From a virus (lineage: Duplodnaviria > Caudoviricetes), in the IMG/VR virus record IMGVR_UViG_2868569063_000004, positions 58,875-122,874 of that record: 64,000 nt of DNA; one strand, 5' to 3'. Shown in pieces: positions 37,529 to 47,384 of this stretch. A program made the translations under genes and the position numbers. The notes beneath the pieces were generated by a model that had not been told where the DNA came from, did no database searches, and saw only the letters and a program-made list of their open reading frames with translations. Positions within the stretch are counted from its first letter, which is position 1. Each line of letters begins with the position of its first letter.

Positions 37529-38470
37529 ATGATGAATTATGAAATGTTTGTAGAAGAACTTAAAAATAAAATAAGTGCAGCTATCAACATTCCTATTGAG
37601 AATATAGAATTTTCAAAAGATGGAGACAGATTTTCTCCGACAGGAGACAGACTGCTGGTGAAATTTGCAGAGCATGATGATGCCTACGAAGTGTGCGGAT
37701 TACATACAAAAGAACTCTTTAGAGAATTCTTAAATGGAACATCATTTGACACCATTCTTAATAGTACTGTAAGAGACATTAGACAATTACAAGGACAAAA
37801 TTCTTATGAAAAAACAAAGAAAATTTGGAACTATGAAACTGTTAAAGATTCTCTTTTTATAAGGCTGCTTAATTATGATGATAATTCTAAAGAATTGAGT
37901 AATGCTGTTTATAAAAGAATAGGTGATATTGTTCAGGTATTATATATGAAGGTGTCTGAATGTGATGGAAACATTATGAGCACTAAGATTTTTAAATCTG
38001 TAGTAGAGAAATGGAAGGAAGATGGTTTGACCTTAAGTGAAGACAATATTCTGGAAGAAGCATTAAGAAACACAGAACGTATGTATCCACCGAGAATTTA
38101 CAGATGGGATCAGATGCTCTTTAATCCGGAATATGAAGGAGAAGAGTTTATGAGTCCTGGCACAGAAGAAGTAATTAGTCAAGATTTTATTGGAAATTGT
38201 CTAACTACAGCAAAGAAAACAAACGGTGCGGTAGCTATATTTTATCCCGGTGTGGCTGAACGCTTTGCTGATGTACTGGATTCAGATTTGTATTTAGTGT
38301 TTACCAGTGTACATGAGGTAATGGTACATAAAGCAGATGCTGTTGATGCGGTAGACTTATCAATAATCTTACAGGATACGTTGGAAGAAGCGACACCTAA
38401 AGAAGATTTCCTCACAAGGAAAATATATAAGTATGAAAAAGATACTCATAGATTTCTTTGTGCCATATAA
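37529..38470 (+). CDS. DUF5688-like protein
   Basis: RL.NY..N...NGAVAIFYPG...DLYL.FTSVHEVM. Confidence 0.72.
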   Translation: MMNYEMFVEELKNKISAAINIPIENIEFSKDGDRFSPTGDRLLVKFAEHDDAYEVCGLHTKELFREFLNGTSFDTILNSTVRDIRQLQGQNSYEKTKKIWNYETVKDSLFIRLLNYDDNSKELSNAVYKRIGDIVQVLYMKVSECDGNIMSTKIFKSVVEKWKEDGLTLSEDNILEEALRNTERMYPPRIYRWDQMLFNPEYEGEEFMSPGTEEVISQDFIGNCLTTAKKTNGAVAIFYPGVAERFADVLDSDLYLVFTSVHEVMVHKADAVDAVDLSIILQDTLEEATPKEDFLTRKIYKYEKDTHRFLCAI

Positions 38471-38515
38471 AAAATAGCCTCTCTCTTCTTGAGAGGGGCT
38501 GATAGGAGGGTAGTT

Positions 38516-39073
38516 ATGAGAGAATACCATATTTATATGCAGCGTACAAAGCGTACAGAATGGCATTGCGACTATAGCATATATAAATGGCTTCCGTGGG
38601 AATATGTAGGATATGTAGAAGGGACTAAAGAGCTGTATACATGCTTTAAGTTGAAGTTCCCATACAGCACAAGAAGTATTAATTTTTACCATTCATTCAA
38701 CTATTTTGATAGTGAATATGTTAGAACGGATAACGATTGGGATTTTATGTATTACCCACACGAATATCACAGATATTTGATCATGGATGATTATGGTAAT
38801 GTACGAGACTTTCATCAGCTTACTAAGAAATATAAAAAGAAATACTATCGTACATATCATAAACATCATGGATGGAATATTCATTGGGCTTCAACAGTGC
38901 CGGATCAGCGCAAAAGTATTACACCAGAAGAGATTGTAGAAGTAAGAAATGAATATGGTATTACCCTCAAGCCTATAAAACCAAAAAGAAAAATAAATCC
39001 ATGGGATTATGAGAAAGAATCCAAAGTGTCTGGTTGGAAGATGCAAAGTAAAAGAAGGAAACAGTGGAGGTGA
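38516..39073 (+). CDS. Hypothetical aromatic/basic protein
   Basis: ATG after AGGAGG; ends WK...KRRKQWR. Confidence 0.72.
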   Translation: MREYHIYMQRTKRTEWHCDYSIYKWLPWEYVGYVEGTKELYTCFKLKFPYSTRSINFYHSFNYFDSEYVRTDNDWDFMYYPHEYHRYLIMDDYGNVRDFHQLTKKYKKKYYRTYHKHHGWNIHWASTVPDQRKSITPEEIVEVRNEYGITLKPIKPKRKINPWDYEKESKVSGWKMQSKRRKQWR

Positions 39074-39076
39074 AAA

Positions 39077-39919
39077 ATGAAGATATATTTACTATGTACA
39101 TTGGATAGTGAACATTATAGAGAACCATATTTTTACTTTTTCAAAACTGCTTTTGCGGCTCATAAATGGGTTATAGACAACTTAGTCAGTATTACAGAGG
39201 AAAGCCGAGAAGAAGTAATAAGTGAGCTTGAATATAAAAATGTAGACGGATCCGACGACCAGATCATGCGAATTGATTATTCATACGGAGATGGAGAATT
39301 CTATGTTAACACTATTCATGAAATTGAAATAAAAGATGGAGATTATCTTTGTATTTATCATCATGCTTACGAAGGTGTTGGATTCTATGTAGAGAAGATT
39401 GGCACTTTGGAAGAATGTAAAAATCATATGTTAGATTCTACAGCTAAAATGGCTAATGATTATGACATTGATATAACTAATGATGATATATTCGAAGTTA
39501 ATTCATTTGATTCATGTATTGATGATGATTATCAGTGGCATATGAACAATATTATTCTGTTCAAGGCAGATGAAATTATTCAAGACGAAAAAAAAGAGTC
39601 TAAAGAAACTGAACCAGAAGAAACTGGAGCAACAATATTAACATCAAAGGAATCAAATAATAACGGTCATAAATACAGTGATGAAATTTATGAAGAGCTA
39701 AAAGATTATATGTATGGACCTATTCCTGGATATGGTGTTACTTCTGATTATGTTGGAACTTCGTTAGAAGAAATAATTGAAGATATTGATGCCAGACCAA
39801 AATATGAAGTATTTAAAGAATTGTGTAACTATCATGGAATTGCACCTAGTACGGTAGAGTATCTGTACGAATCTATTTGGGGAAAGCCAAAGGATAAAAC
39901 AGTTGGATATTTCTTATAA
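39077..39919 (+). CDS. Hypothetical acidic protein
   Basis: GGAGGTG RBS, 280 aa. Confidence 0.75.
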   Translation: MKIYLLCTLDSEHYREPYFYFFKTAFAAHKWVIDNLVSITEESREEVISELEYKNVDGSDDQIMRIDYSYGDGEFYVNTIHEIEIKDGDYLCIYHHAYEGVGFYVEKIGTLEECKNHMLDSTAKMANDYDIDITNDDIFEVNSFDSCIDDDYQWHMNNIILFKADEIIQDEKKESKETEPEETGATILTSKESNNNGHKYSDEIYEELKDYMYGPIPGYGVTSDYVGTSLEEIIEDIDARPKYEVFKELCNYHGIAPSTVEYLYESIWGKPKDKTVGYFL

Positions 39920-40017
39920 TACAAATAAAAATAAGGGGATAAAATTGCAGTATTTTTTAATAGGAGTTATAGCAAGAGTTATTATTGAATGGATATTTAA
40001 ATGAAAGAAGGTGAAAC

Positions 40018-40206
40018 ATGAAAACTTATAACAGAAGAGAAGTTGAGAGAATCATTCTAAAAAATGGTTGGGAGTTAGATCATTGTACTGGTGGTCATAG
40101 TATTTATAAGAAAGAAGGAGTAAGTAAAACACTTTCAATTGCTTATAAGAAATGTAACCGGATGGTTGTGCAGAGACTTATTAAAGAATTTGGGTTAGTT
40201 ACATAG
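40018..40206 (+). CDS. hicA: HicA-family toxin-like protein
   Basis: REVERII..NGW.....GGH..YKK.G....I......V...I.KE.GL. Confidence 0.75.
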   Translation: MKTYNRREVERIILKNGWELDHCTGGHSIYKKEGVSKTLSIAYKKCNRMVVQRLIKEFGLVT

Positions 40207-40215
40207 GAGGGCGCT

Positions 40216-40416
40216 ATGGGTAAATACTTAGTAACAGTAAGAGAAATCTTCGAACATACTTATTTAGTTGAAGCAGATTCTAGTGGAGAAGCAGAGAGTA
40301 TTTGTAACGCAGAATCAAATGGTTGCGATGTTGATGATTATGTAGATACTGAATATGATTCTGAACTGATAGAGGATGAAGAAGATTTGGAAAGTATTGA
40401 TTATGATGAATTATAG
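40216..40416 (+). CDS. Small very acidic protein
   Basis: AGGAGG RBS. Confidence 0.72.
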   Translation: MGKYLVTVREIFEHTYLVEADSSGEAESICNAESNGCDVDDYVDTEYDSELIEDEEDLESIDYDEL

Positions 40417-40468
40417 AAGGAATTTTGATGAAACAAGTGTTTTAACAGACGAACGGAGAGAAAATATT

Positions 40469-40708
40469 ATGAAACTATCAGAATGGAATGAAATTATAAG
40501 CTATGCAAAAGAACTATGCCAAAAGCGTACCAGTAATATAAGGCCAATTACATATTCGATGTATGATGGCAGAAAAGGAATTTATCTTGCATTATATGAT
40601 AGTGAAGGCAAACTATACGATCGAATTGCAAGTGGGGTGCATGACACAGTAGATGAATATAAAAAAGCACTTGATTCTATATACAATATTATTTGTGAAT
40701 TGATTTAA
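40469..40708 (+). CDS. Hypothetical protein
   Basis: MKLSEW start after GGAG. Confidence 0.65.
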   Translation: MKLSEWNEIISYAKELCQKRTSNIRPITYSMYDGRKGIYLALYDSEGKLYDRIASGVHDTVDEYKKALDSIYNIICELI

Positions 40709-40742
40709 AAGGATAATTTCAGGTTAAGAAAGAAAGGTAAAT

Positions 40743-40922
40743 ATGAGTTGGCATACAAAATGGGGAGATTTTCCAGAACTATATAAAGAAGTAGAAATTC
40801 TTATGACTGATGGCAGCATCAAAAGAGATATAATGGTTAAAGGAAAATATGGAAATTATGAATGGAGGAATTGGACAGATAAGTGTGTTGTAGGATGGAG
40901 ACCTATTGAAAAAACTACATAA
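40743..40922 (+). CDS. Small hypothetical protein (59 aa, DUF551-like, not in ORF track)
   Basis: MSWH....FPE...V.....VVGWRPI. Confidence 0.6.
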   Translation: MSWHTKWGDFPELYKEVEILMTDGSIKRDIMVKGKYGNYEWRNWTDKCVVGWRPIEKTT

Positions 40923-40970
40923 ATACTATAAACTGTAAATAGCCATCTTTTTGTATCAAGGAAAGGTAAG

Positions 40971-41687
40971 GTGAATTTGGGAAAGAAAGTTAAAGTAAGA
41001 GATATGAAGCCAGGTTGGACATATAGAGTACCTGGCAAAACATTGGAAGAAATTTATGAAAGTGCGCATGAATATGCTAAATGGCCTCCGGTACAAATGA
41101 CAGACGCAAAGCAAAATACAGGTTTATTATTGCTCAAAGTTACTGAAGACAATAAAAACAATTGGGATGAAAAATACGGGTTCAATCTATATCCTATACA
41201 TGAAGAAGTTGAGCTGACAGAAAAAGCACTGAGGCCCGGTCAGCAAGGAACTTTTCAAGTAGTAAGAACCGGGAATAAGGTTTGGAACTATCATCCCAAT
41301 TGTACTGTCCGAGTAGAAGTAGACTCATTAGATTTTGAAATGGAAGAAGCTTATCCATTCCCTATTGCTGTAGTGAGAGATGACTATGAGCCAATACCTT
41401 TGCCGAATCCATGGACATGGGGGGAAACAAGCGATCCTGATTCTAAGGCAGCAAAGCATGTAGATGTTTGGGACGAGTCTGATGCAAAGACTATAGTTAT
41501 ATTAGGAATAATATCATTTGTACTGCTAATGGCTGGACTTTCTGGTTTGAGTCTACTGATAACAATGTGGGCGGTAGCAGCAGCTTATTTTCATTCAAAG
41601 CATGAAAAAGTAAGAAAAGAAATCCTTGAACAAAGAAATAAACATGGAATTAGTGGAAGTGGATTAGACCACAAATTTAGATGGTGA
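40971..41687 (+). CDS. Membrane protein (two C-terminal TM helices)
   Basis: IVILGIISFVLLMAG...LLITMWAVAAAYF. Confidence 0.75.
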   Translation: MNLGKKVKVRDMKPGWTYRVPGKTLEEIYESAHEYAKWPPVQMTDAKQNTGLLLLKVTEDNKNNWDEKYGFNLYPIHEEVELTEKALRPGQQGTFQVVRTGNKVWNYHPNCTVRVEVDSLDFEMEEAYPFPIAVVRDDYEPIPLPNPWTWGETSDPDSKAAKHVDVWDESDAKTIVILGIISFVLLMAGLSGLSLLITMWAVAAAYFHSKHEKVRKEILEQRNKHGISGSGLDHKFRW

Positions 41688-41697
41688 GGTGAATTGC

Positions 41698-42696
41698 ATG
41701 AAAGGAAGAGAAGAACATAAATATAAATCAGAAAGCAAGATGAGAGCATTGCTTAGGGATAAGCCACAATATTTCACTGGTTATTATAATGGTCTATTCA
41801 ATTCATGCGAATATCTTACTGCGCAAAATTATACTATGACGGCTGTTAGGTTTATGAACTATTTGAAAGAAAACGGGTTTATAGAGTCAATAGAAGATTG
41901 TAATGGAGCGATGACTATTGACAATGTAAACTCTTATCTCTCTTGTTTAAGAGGAAGAGATGGAGGATACAGTTCAGATAGTGCTAAAGCAACTACTTAT
42001 ACGGCATTAAAATCATTTGCTGATTATTTGTTAAGTAGGAAAATGATTTCAGAGAACCCTTTTGATTGTGGCATAAAAAGAGTTTCTGTAAAAGATCCGC
42101 TTAAACAGGTTGCAATGACAGCTGCAGAGTTGAAAAAAGTTGTTGAAAGAATAAATGATAATTCTATTGGTACAAAAAGGGCCAACGCAAGAAGAGAAGC
42201 ATGGAAGGAAAGAAACCTTGCTATATTTACTCTTCTTATGGTAACTGGTATTCGTGTTACTGCGCTTACAGAACTTAATATGGAAGATATATTCTGGGAT
42301 CAGAAGATTATTAGGGTTACTGATAAGCGCAGAAACACTTATGAATGTGAACTTGATGATGATAGTATGGATATTTTAAGAAATTGGGTAATAAAACGTG
42401 CAGAACTTTTGAATAAAAGAGATTGTAATGCTCTTTTTATTTCTAACAGACGAACAAGAATCACTGACAAATCAGTGAGAGATTTAGTTAAGGCATATAC
42501 CGCAGATTTTGAAAAACATATTACTCCTCATAAATTTAGAAGTACTTTTGCTACATTATTATATGATCAGACAGGAGACATTGCATATGTACAGCAATTA
42601 ATGAATCATTCTCGACCTGACACGACACAAAGATACATCGTTCGAAAGCCCATTAATGCTGAAGCTGCTAAATATGTAAATAGTTTATTGAAATAA
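41698..42696 (+). CDS. Tyrosine recombinase (yopP/SroD-like position)
   Basis: TGIRV, K, HKFRST, MNHS, TTQRY: full catalytic set. Confidence 0.9.
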   Translation: MKGREEHKYKSESKMRALLRDKPQYFTGYYNGLFNSCEYLTAQNYTMTAVRFMNYLKENGFIESIEDCNGAMTIDNVNSYLSCLRGRDGGYSSDSAKATTYTALKSFADYLLSRKMISENPFDCGIKRVSVKDPLKQVAMTAAELKKVVERINDNSIGTKRANARREAWKERNLAIFTLLMVTGIRVTALTELNMEDIFWDQKIIRVTDKRRNTYECELDDDSMDILRNWVIKRAELLNKRDCNALFISNRRTRITDKSVRDLVKAYTADFEKHITPHKFRSTFATLLYDQTGDIAYVQQLMNHSRPDTTQRYIVRKPINAEAAKYVNSLLK

Positions 42697-42716
42697 GTTC
42701 TAAACAATGATATAAT
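42688..42716 (+). promoter_or_regulatory. Internal sigma-A promoter for the DGQHR-like and repressor-like genes
   Basis: TTGAAA-17-TATAAT with TG. Confidence 0.72.
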
Positions 42717-42736
42717 ACAAGAAAGGAGGTTGCAAA

Positions 42737-43945
42737 ATGTTAAGAAGTGAAAACCTGTATGAGATACTGGATAAGTATTTTTCTCAAATCCAGAAAAATT
42801 CATATTACAAGAGAGAAGTACAAAAATTTCTTATGAAAAAATATGAATACTCAGATATTGAATATATGCAGTATATCATTGGAGCAAAAAGCAAAGATGA
42901 AATTCCAGACAATGAAATGTATTGGCTTATTGATGCGTTTAATAATGTTTTTAGGACAAATATGGAAATGAAAACATATTTTTCTGATAAGGAAATAGTA
43001 AGATTTTCGAGCCTAAAGGCAGATTATTTAAAAACAGATATTTATCCAATAAGAATAAGTCCAGTGATAGAGATAGCTGAAGATCAATGGGTGACAAAAA
43101 TAAGTATTGATTTACTAAAAGAGTTTTATGATAACCAGCTTATAATATACAATCCAAGGACTCAGCGTCAACTTAAACAGAGACGTAGAGGACAAGATGT
43201 ATCATATACAATTGATATAGTTTCTTCATCAGTAAACGCTATTGAAGGTTTAATGAGCAAGGGAGAATTTGTACCTAATGCTTTAACTCTTAATCTCAAT
43301 GTTGATGATCCAGAGGTAGATTTTGATATTGTTGGATCAGAATTGATACTTAATTCTGGTAAATTTGATATCATTGATGGTTTTCACCGGTTTAGAGCTG
43401 CAATAAACACGAAAATTAAGAATCCTGATTTTCAGTTTAATTTTATTCTGAATATCATGAATTTTACAGAAGACAAAGCATGTCAGTATATCGAGCAGGA
43501 AGATAAGAGAAATAAGATTTCTAAAAGTTACTTAGCTTCTATGGATAAGTCGTCTCCTACTAATATAATTATTGACAAACTAAACAACACATTGGATAGT
43601 CCAGTAAGAGGTAAAATTGAAAGAGCACATAGAGGAGAAATAGACAGAGCTACTTTGTTTTCATTATTGGAGTTTATTCTTAAAACTAAAAATATGAACC
43701 GGAGTCAGTGTATCAAAACTGCGGTATTTATCATAAATATTTTGAAGATAGTTCAAGAGAATAATCCAGATGTTGTATTTGATGACACCACTATGCCAGT
43801 AGTGTTATATGGTTCATCTATCTCAAAGGATGCATATGAATGTGCAGAAAAAATAGAAAGTGCATTAGGAAAAGATGTGCCGATTATTAGTAGTGTTACA
43901 AACATGAAAGTAAATAAAATAAAAGCTTTATTTGAGGAGGTGTGA
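42737..43945 (+). CDS. DGQHR/DndB-like ParB-superfamily protein (yopQ/SroE-like)
   Basis: YNPRTQR...FVPNALTLN...IIDGFHR. Confidence 0.78.
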   Translation: MLRSENLYEILDKYFSQIQKNSYYKREVQKFLMKKYEYSDIEYMQYIIGAKSKDEIPDNEMYWLIDAFNNVFRTNMEMKTYFSDKEIVRFSSLKADYLKTDIYPIRISPVIEIAEDQWVTKISIDLLKEFYDNQLIIYNPRTQRQLKQRRRGQDVSYTIDIVSSSVNAIEGLMSKGEFVPNALTLNLNVDDPEVDFDIVGSELILNSGKFDIIDGFHRFRAAINTKIKNPDFQFNFILNIMNFTEDKACQYIEQEDKRNKISKSYLASMDKSSPTNIIIDKLNNTLDSPVRGKIERAHRGEIDRATLFSLLEFILKTKNMNRSQCIKTAVFIINILKIVQENNPDVVFDDTTMPVVLYGSSISKDAYECAEKIESALGKDVPIISSVTNMKVNKIKALFEEV

Positions 43946-43947
43946 TT

Positions 43948-44853
43948 ATGTATAATGAAGAACGGAAGAAAGAATATCTGCGACATGTAGTAGAAGATCT
44001 CGGACAAACTCCACAAAGTGCGAAAGCTCTTTTTAACAAAACGGAAGACTATGAGGACTTACTTAACAAGGACTTATGTGATTTTACTTTTTCTGAAATA
44101 GATAAATTGTTGTCTACATTTGCAGCCTCATCAATAAATGCCTTAAGGAAAAATATAAGTGTTTTACGGAAATATGCTGACTGGTGTTGTTCCTGCAACA
44201 TATCTATAGACAACATAAATCACTATGATGAAATAAATATGGAAATTGAAAGTCTACAGAAATATCTTAATAAGGAGAGAGCGGTGTGTCCCAGCAGAGA
44301 ACAGGTTTTAAAGGATATTTCTAAAATTAGAAACTATTCTGATAAATTTTTAATTCTGGCTTTGTTTGAAGGAGTAAGAACAGAAGCCCCCGGTGAGCTT
44401 TTAAGAGCTAAAATAAGTAAGTTGAATGGTAATATCCTTACTTTCGAAAACGGAGAGGAAAAAACTTTGTCAGAGACGCTGGTAGACTTGGCTAAAGTTA
44501 GTTCACAAGAGGAGGAGTATATATCTTTTACTGGAACTGCTTCTTTATTAAGTATGAAGGGGAATATTGTTAACTCCAGGAATAATACACGTAGTGATTC
44601 ATTAGAAGCTTTAAATCTAAGACTGACAAATAGGTTAATTGCGCTTAGAAAAGAGCTTAATATTCCGTATCTGACTATTCCTCGACTCTATACAGCCGGA
44701 ATTGTAGAGCAGTTTAGAGAAATAATGAAGAAATATAATGTTTCTAAGGAAGATATCTTTGAAAGCCAGTATGTTGAAATGGTTAGTTCAAATTATAATA
44801 TAAGTTCTTATGGCAAAGGAACTCTTAAAAATAAATTTTATAGTTATTTATAA
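43948..44853 (+). CDS. Degenerate tyrosine-recombinase-fold protein, candidate master repressor (yopR/MrpR/SroF-like)
   Basis: MYNEERKKEYL, E....KDL.DF, DKFLILALFEGVR; HxxR replaced by PRLY. Confidence 0.7.
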   Translation: MYNEERKKEYLRHVVEDLGQTPQSAKALFNKTEDYEDLLNKDLCDFTFSEIDKLLSTFAASSINALRKNISVLRKYADWCCSCNISIDNINHYDEINMEIESLQKYLNKERAVCPSREQVLKDISKIRNYSDKFLILALFEGVRTEAPGELLRAKISKLNGNILTFENGEEKTLSETLVDLAKVSSQEEEYISFTGTASLLSMKGNIVNSRNNTRSDSLEALNLRLTNRLIALRKELNIPYLTIPRLYTAGIVEQFREIMKKYNVSKEDIFESQYVEMVSSNYNISSYGKGTLKNKFYSYL

Positions 44854-44873
44854 TAGATAATACCACACATAGA

Positions 44874-44930
44874 TTGACTTAATTTGCTGTGTGTGGTAAT
44901 ATTTAAACATAATAAGCGAACAAGCGTTCG
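44874..44930 (+). promoter_or_regulatory. Sigma-A promoter with downstream LexA (Cheo) box
   Basis: TTGACT-17-TAATAT; CGAAC-AAGC-GTTCG at 44917-44930. Confidence 0.8.
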
Positions 44931-44948
44931 AACATTGGAGGGATTGCA

Positions 44949-45215
44949 GTGTTAGAGAGACTTTATGAATGTTTTGGAACTGAGGAGAGAATTGGATTAA
45001 TTTGTCACATAAATGGCATGGAAATGGGGTGGATGAACTTTGTAATTGAAAATATATATGAAGAGGGAGATGTTGTAAGAGTAGAAACCGGAGATTCCTA
45101 CATAAGACTGGAGCCGAAGCTTTATGAAGAGGTTCCAGTTGGAGAAGGGGAAAAATTTGTTCATGGTAAAGATTATGTTATATTGTATAAAATGGAGGAA
45201 GAAGAGTGCTTTTAA
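44949..45215 (+). CDS. Hypothetical protein
   Basis: GTG start after GGAGG. Confidence 0.7.
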   Translation: MLERLYECFGTEERIGLICHINGMEMGWMNFVIENIYEEGDVVRVETGDSYIRLEPKLYEEVPVGEGEKFVHGKDYVILYKMEEEECF

Positions 45216-47251
45216 AAGAAATGCGTGAATTAGTGGAAGAATTAAATATATATGCTCATGCGTATTATATGGAAGATACTTCTCTAATTTCTGATTATGA
45301 ATATGATAAAAAATATGATCGACTTAAAGAACTTGAGAAAGTTACAGGTATTATTTTAGCCAACAGTCCCACTATCAATGTTGGCTCAGAAACAGTTAGT
45401 GAGTTAGAAAAAGTCGAACATGATCATCCAATGTTGTCCTTAGACAAAACAAAGGATATAAATGAAGTTGAAAGTTTTATGAATGGTTTGCCAGGATTAG
45501 CCATGCTAAAAATGGATGGGCTTACTATTTCAGTAAAATATATAGATGGTAAATTGGTTGCTGCAGAAACTAGAGGGAATGGAATCATCGGAGAGAATGT
45601 TTTACATACAGCAAACAGTTTTGTAAATCTTCCAAAGGAAATTCCTTATAAAGATGAAGTAGTAGTTGATGGAGAAGCTGTCATGGAAATCCATCATTAT
45701 ACTTATCTTAAAGAGCTAAAAGATATTGATTTGAAAAAAGATGGAGAAAGAAAGGGACTTTTTGGTGAAGAATTAGAAAAATATATTAAAGATAATGGTA
45801 TTAAGAATATCAGAAATTTAACTGCTGGCTCTGTTAGACAGCTTGATAACTCCGTTACAAAAGAAAGAAAAATCAAGTTCATTGCTTGGAAGGCCGTTCG
45901 TGGAATAGATGGAAATAGTTTCATGAAAAGATTACAGATATTAGATCTGTTAGGATTTGAAGTGGTCCCTTGGGTAAAAGTTGATAATATTGAAGAGAAT
46001 ATTAAAGAACTTAGAAAAACCGCAAGAGAAAAAGATGTTCCTATTGATGGAATCGTATTTTCATATGATGATATTGATTATAGTGAAAGCTTAGGAAACA
46101 CATCACATCATGTTCGATCACAATTGGCATATAAATTTGCAGATGATAAGTTTGAAACAGTAATTAGAGATGTGGAATGGAGCATGGGAAAGACTGGACA
46201 GTTGACACCTGTGGCAGTTTTTGATCCGGTTGAAATAGATGATACTATTGTTGAAAGAGCTAGCTTACATAATGTGAGTATTTTCAAAAGTTATGAACTG
46301 TCAGTAGGAGATACGATTACGGTATATAAGGCAAACATGATCATTCCGCAGATCGCAGAGAATTTGACCAGAAACGGTGACAAATTGTTTACTGTGCCTG
46401 ACAAGTGCCCTATTTGTGGTGGTCATGTAAAAATTACAGGTGAAAATGAGACAGAAGAGCTTCAGTGCATGAACCTTGAATGTAAAGGGAAACTTCTTGG
46501 TGAATTATGTACTTTTGTAAGCAAAGAAGCACATGATATTACAGGGCTTTCTAAATCTACTCTGAGTCTATTAATAGAGAAAGAATTTATTAAAGGGCCT
46601 TTAGACTTATTTTATCTAAAAGACTGCCGGGGAATGTTAGTGACATTACAAGGGCTAGGAGCAAAAAAGGTTGATAAAATCCTGGAATCAATAGAAAAAT
46701 GCCGCAAGACAACTCTGCCTAAATTCCTTTATGGGCTGTCCATACCTTTAATCGGTCGAAGTGTTAGTAAGCAGCTAAACATTGTTGAAGAGAAGAGAGC
46801 AAGAGAAAAAGGGTTAAAAACAGCTTTTGATAGCTTTATTAAAGATATGGATTCTCAGTATGATTTTACATGTTTGGAAGACTTTGGTTTTGCGAAAGCT
46901 TCTTCTTTGAAAAATTATTTTGAAGAAAATCAAAGATACATAACTGAGCTTGCTGCGGAATTCCAGTTTGAAGAAATTTCTCAGGAGACGGTAAAAGATG
47001 TTTTGAATGGGGCAATATTCTGTATTACTGGGACACTCACCGAGTTTGCCAATAGAGCAGCTCTAGTAGAGAAAATAGAGTCTCTTGGAGGTAAAGTCAC
47101 AGGATCAGTAACTAAAAAAACTAACTACCTTATTAATAATGATACATTGTCAAAGAGTAGCAAGAATGTGAAAGCTATGCAGCTTGGTATCCCGATAATT
47201 TCAGAAAAAGAATTTTTAAACAAGTTTGTAAAAAAAGTGTTGACAAGGTAG
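45206..47251 (+). CDS. ligA: NAD+-dependent DNA ligase
   Basis: SDYEYD, HPMLSL, KMDG, TRGNG, DGIV, AYKF, zinc finger, HhH, C-terminal BRCT. Confidence 0.97.
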   Translation: MLLKEMRELVEELNIYAHAYYMEDTSLISDYEYDKKYDRLKELEKVTGIILANSPTINVGSETVSELEKVEHDHPMLSLDKTKDINEVESFMNGLPGLAMLKMDGLTISVKYIDGKLVAAETRGNGIIGENVLHTANSFVNLPKEIPYKDEVVVDGEAVMEIHHYTYLKELKDIDLKKDGERKGLFGEELEKYIKDNGIKNIRNLTAGSVRQLDNSVTKERKIKFIAWKAVRGIDGNSFMKRLQILDLLGFEVVPWVKVDNIEENIKELRKTAREKDVPIDGIVFSYDDIDYSESLGNTSHHVRSQLAYKFADDKFETVIRDVEWSMGKTGQLTPVAVFDPVEIDDTIVERASLHNVSIFKSYELSVGDTITVYKANMIIPQIAENLTRNGDKLFTVPDKCPICGGHVKITGENETEELQCMNLECKGKLLGELCTFVSKEAHDITGLSKSTLSLLIEKEFIKGPLDLFYLKDCRGMLVTLQGLGAKKVDKILESIEKCRKTTLPKFLYGLSIPLIGRSVSKQLNIVEEKRAREKGLKTAFDSFIKDMDSQYDFTCLEDFGFAKASSLKNYFEENQRYITELAAEFQFEEISQETVKDVLNGAIFCITGTLTEFANRAALVEKIESLGGKVTGSVTKKTNYLINNDTLSKSSKNVKAMQLGIPIISEKEFLNKFVKKVLTR

Positions 47252-47268
47252 AATGACTATGGTATACT
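47218..47268 (+). promoter_or_regulatory. Sigma-A promoter with operator box
   Basis: AAACAAGTTTGTAAAA(47218), TTGACA(47240)-17-TATACT. Confidence 0.85.
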
Positions 47269-47307
47269 TAGAGCAAGTTAAGAGAAAGGAGAACAGTTTC
47301 AAGCAAT

Positions 47308-47358
47308 AAACAAGTTTGTAAAAAACTTGTTGACACAGAATACGGAGTATGTTATAAT
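47308..47358 (+). promoter_or_regulatory. Sigma-A promoter with operator box
   Basis: AAACAAGTTTGTAAAA(47308), TTGACA(47330)-17-TATAAT. Confidence 0.88.
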
Positions 47359-47384
47359 ACATATATCACAAAAGGAAGAGGAAA

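Noticed and set aside
42737-43945. Phosphorothioate (dnd) system
   Set aside because: No dndACDE genes; context between two recombinase-fold genes fits an SPbeta-type module.
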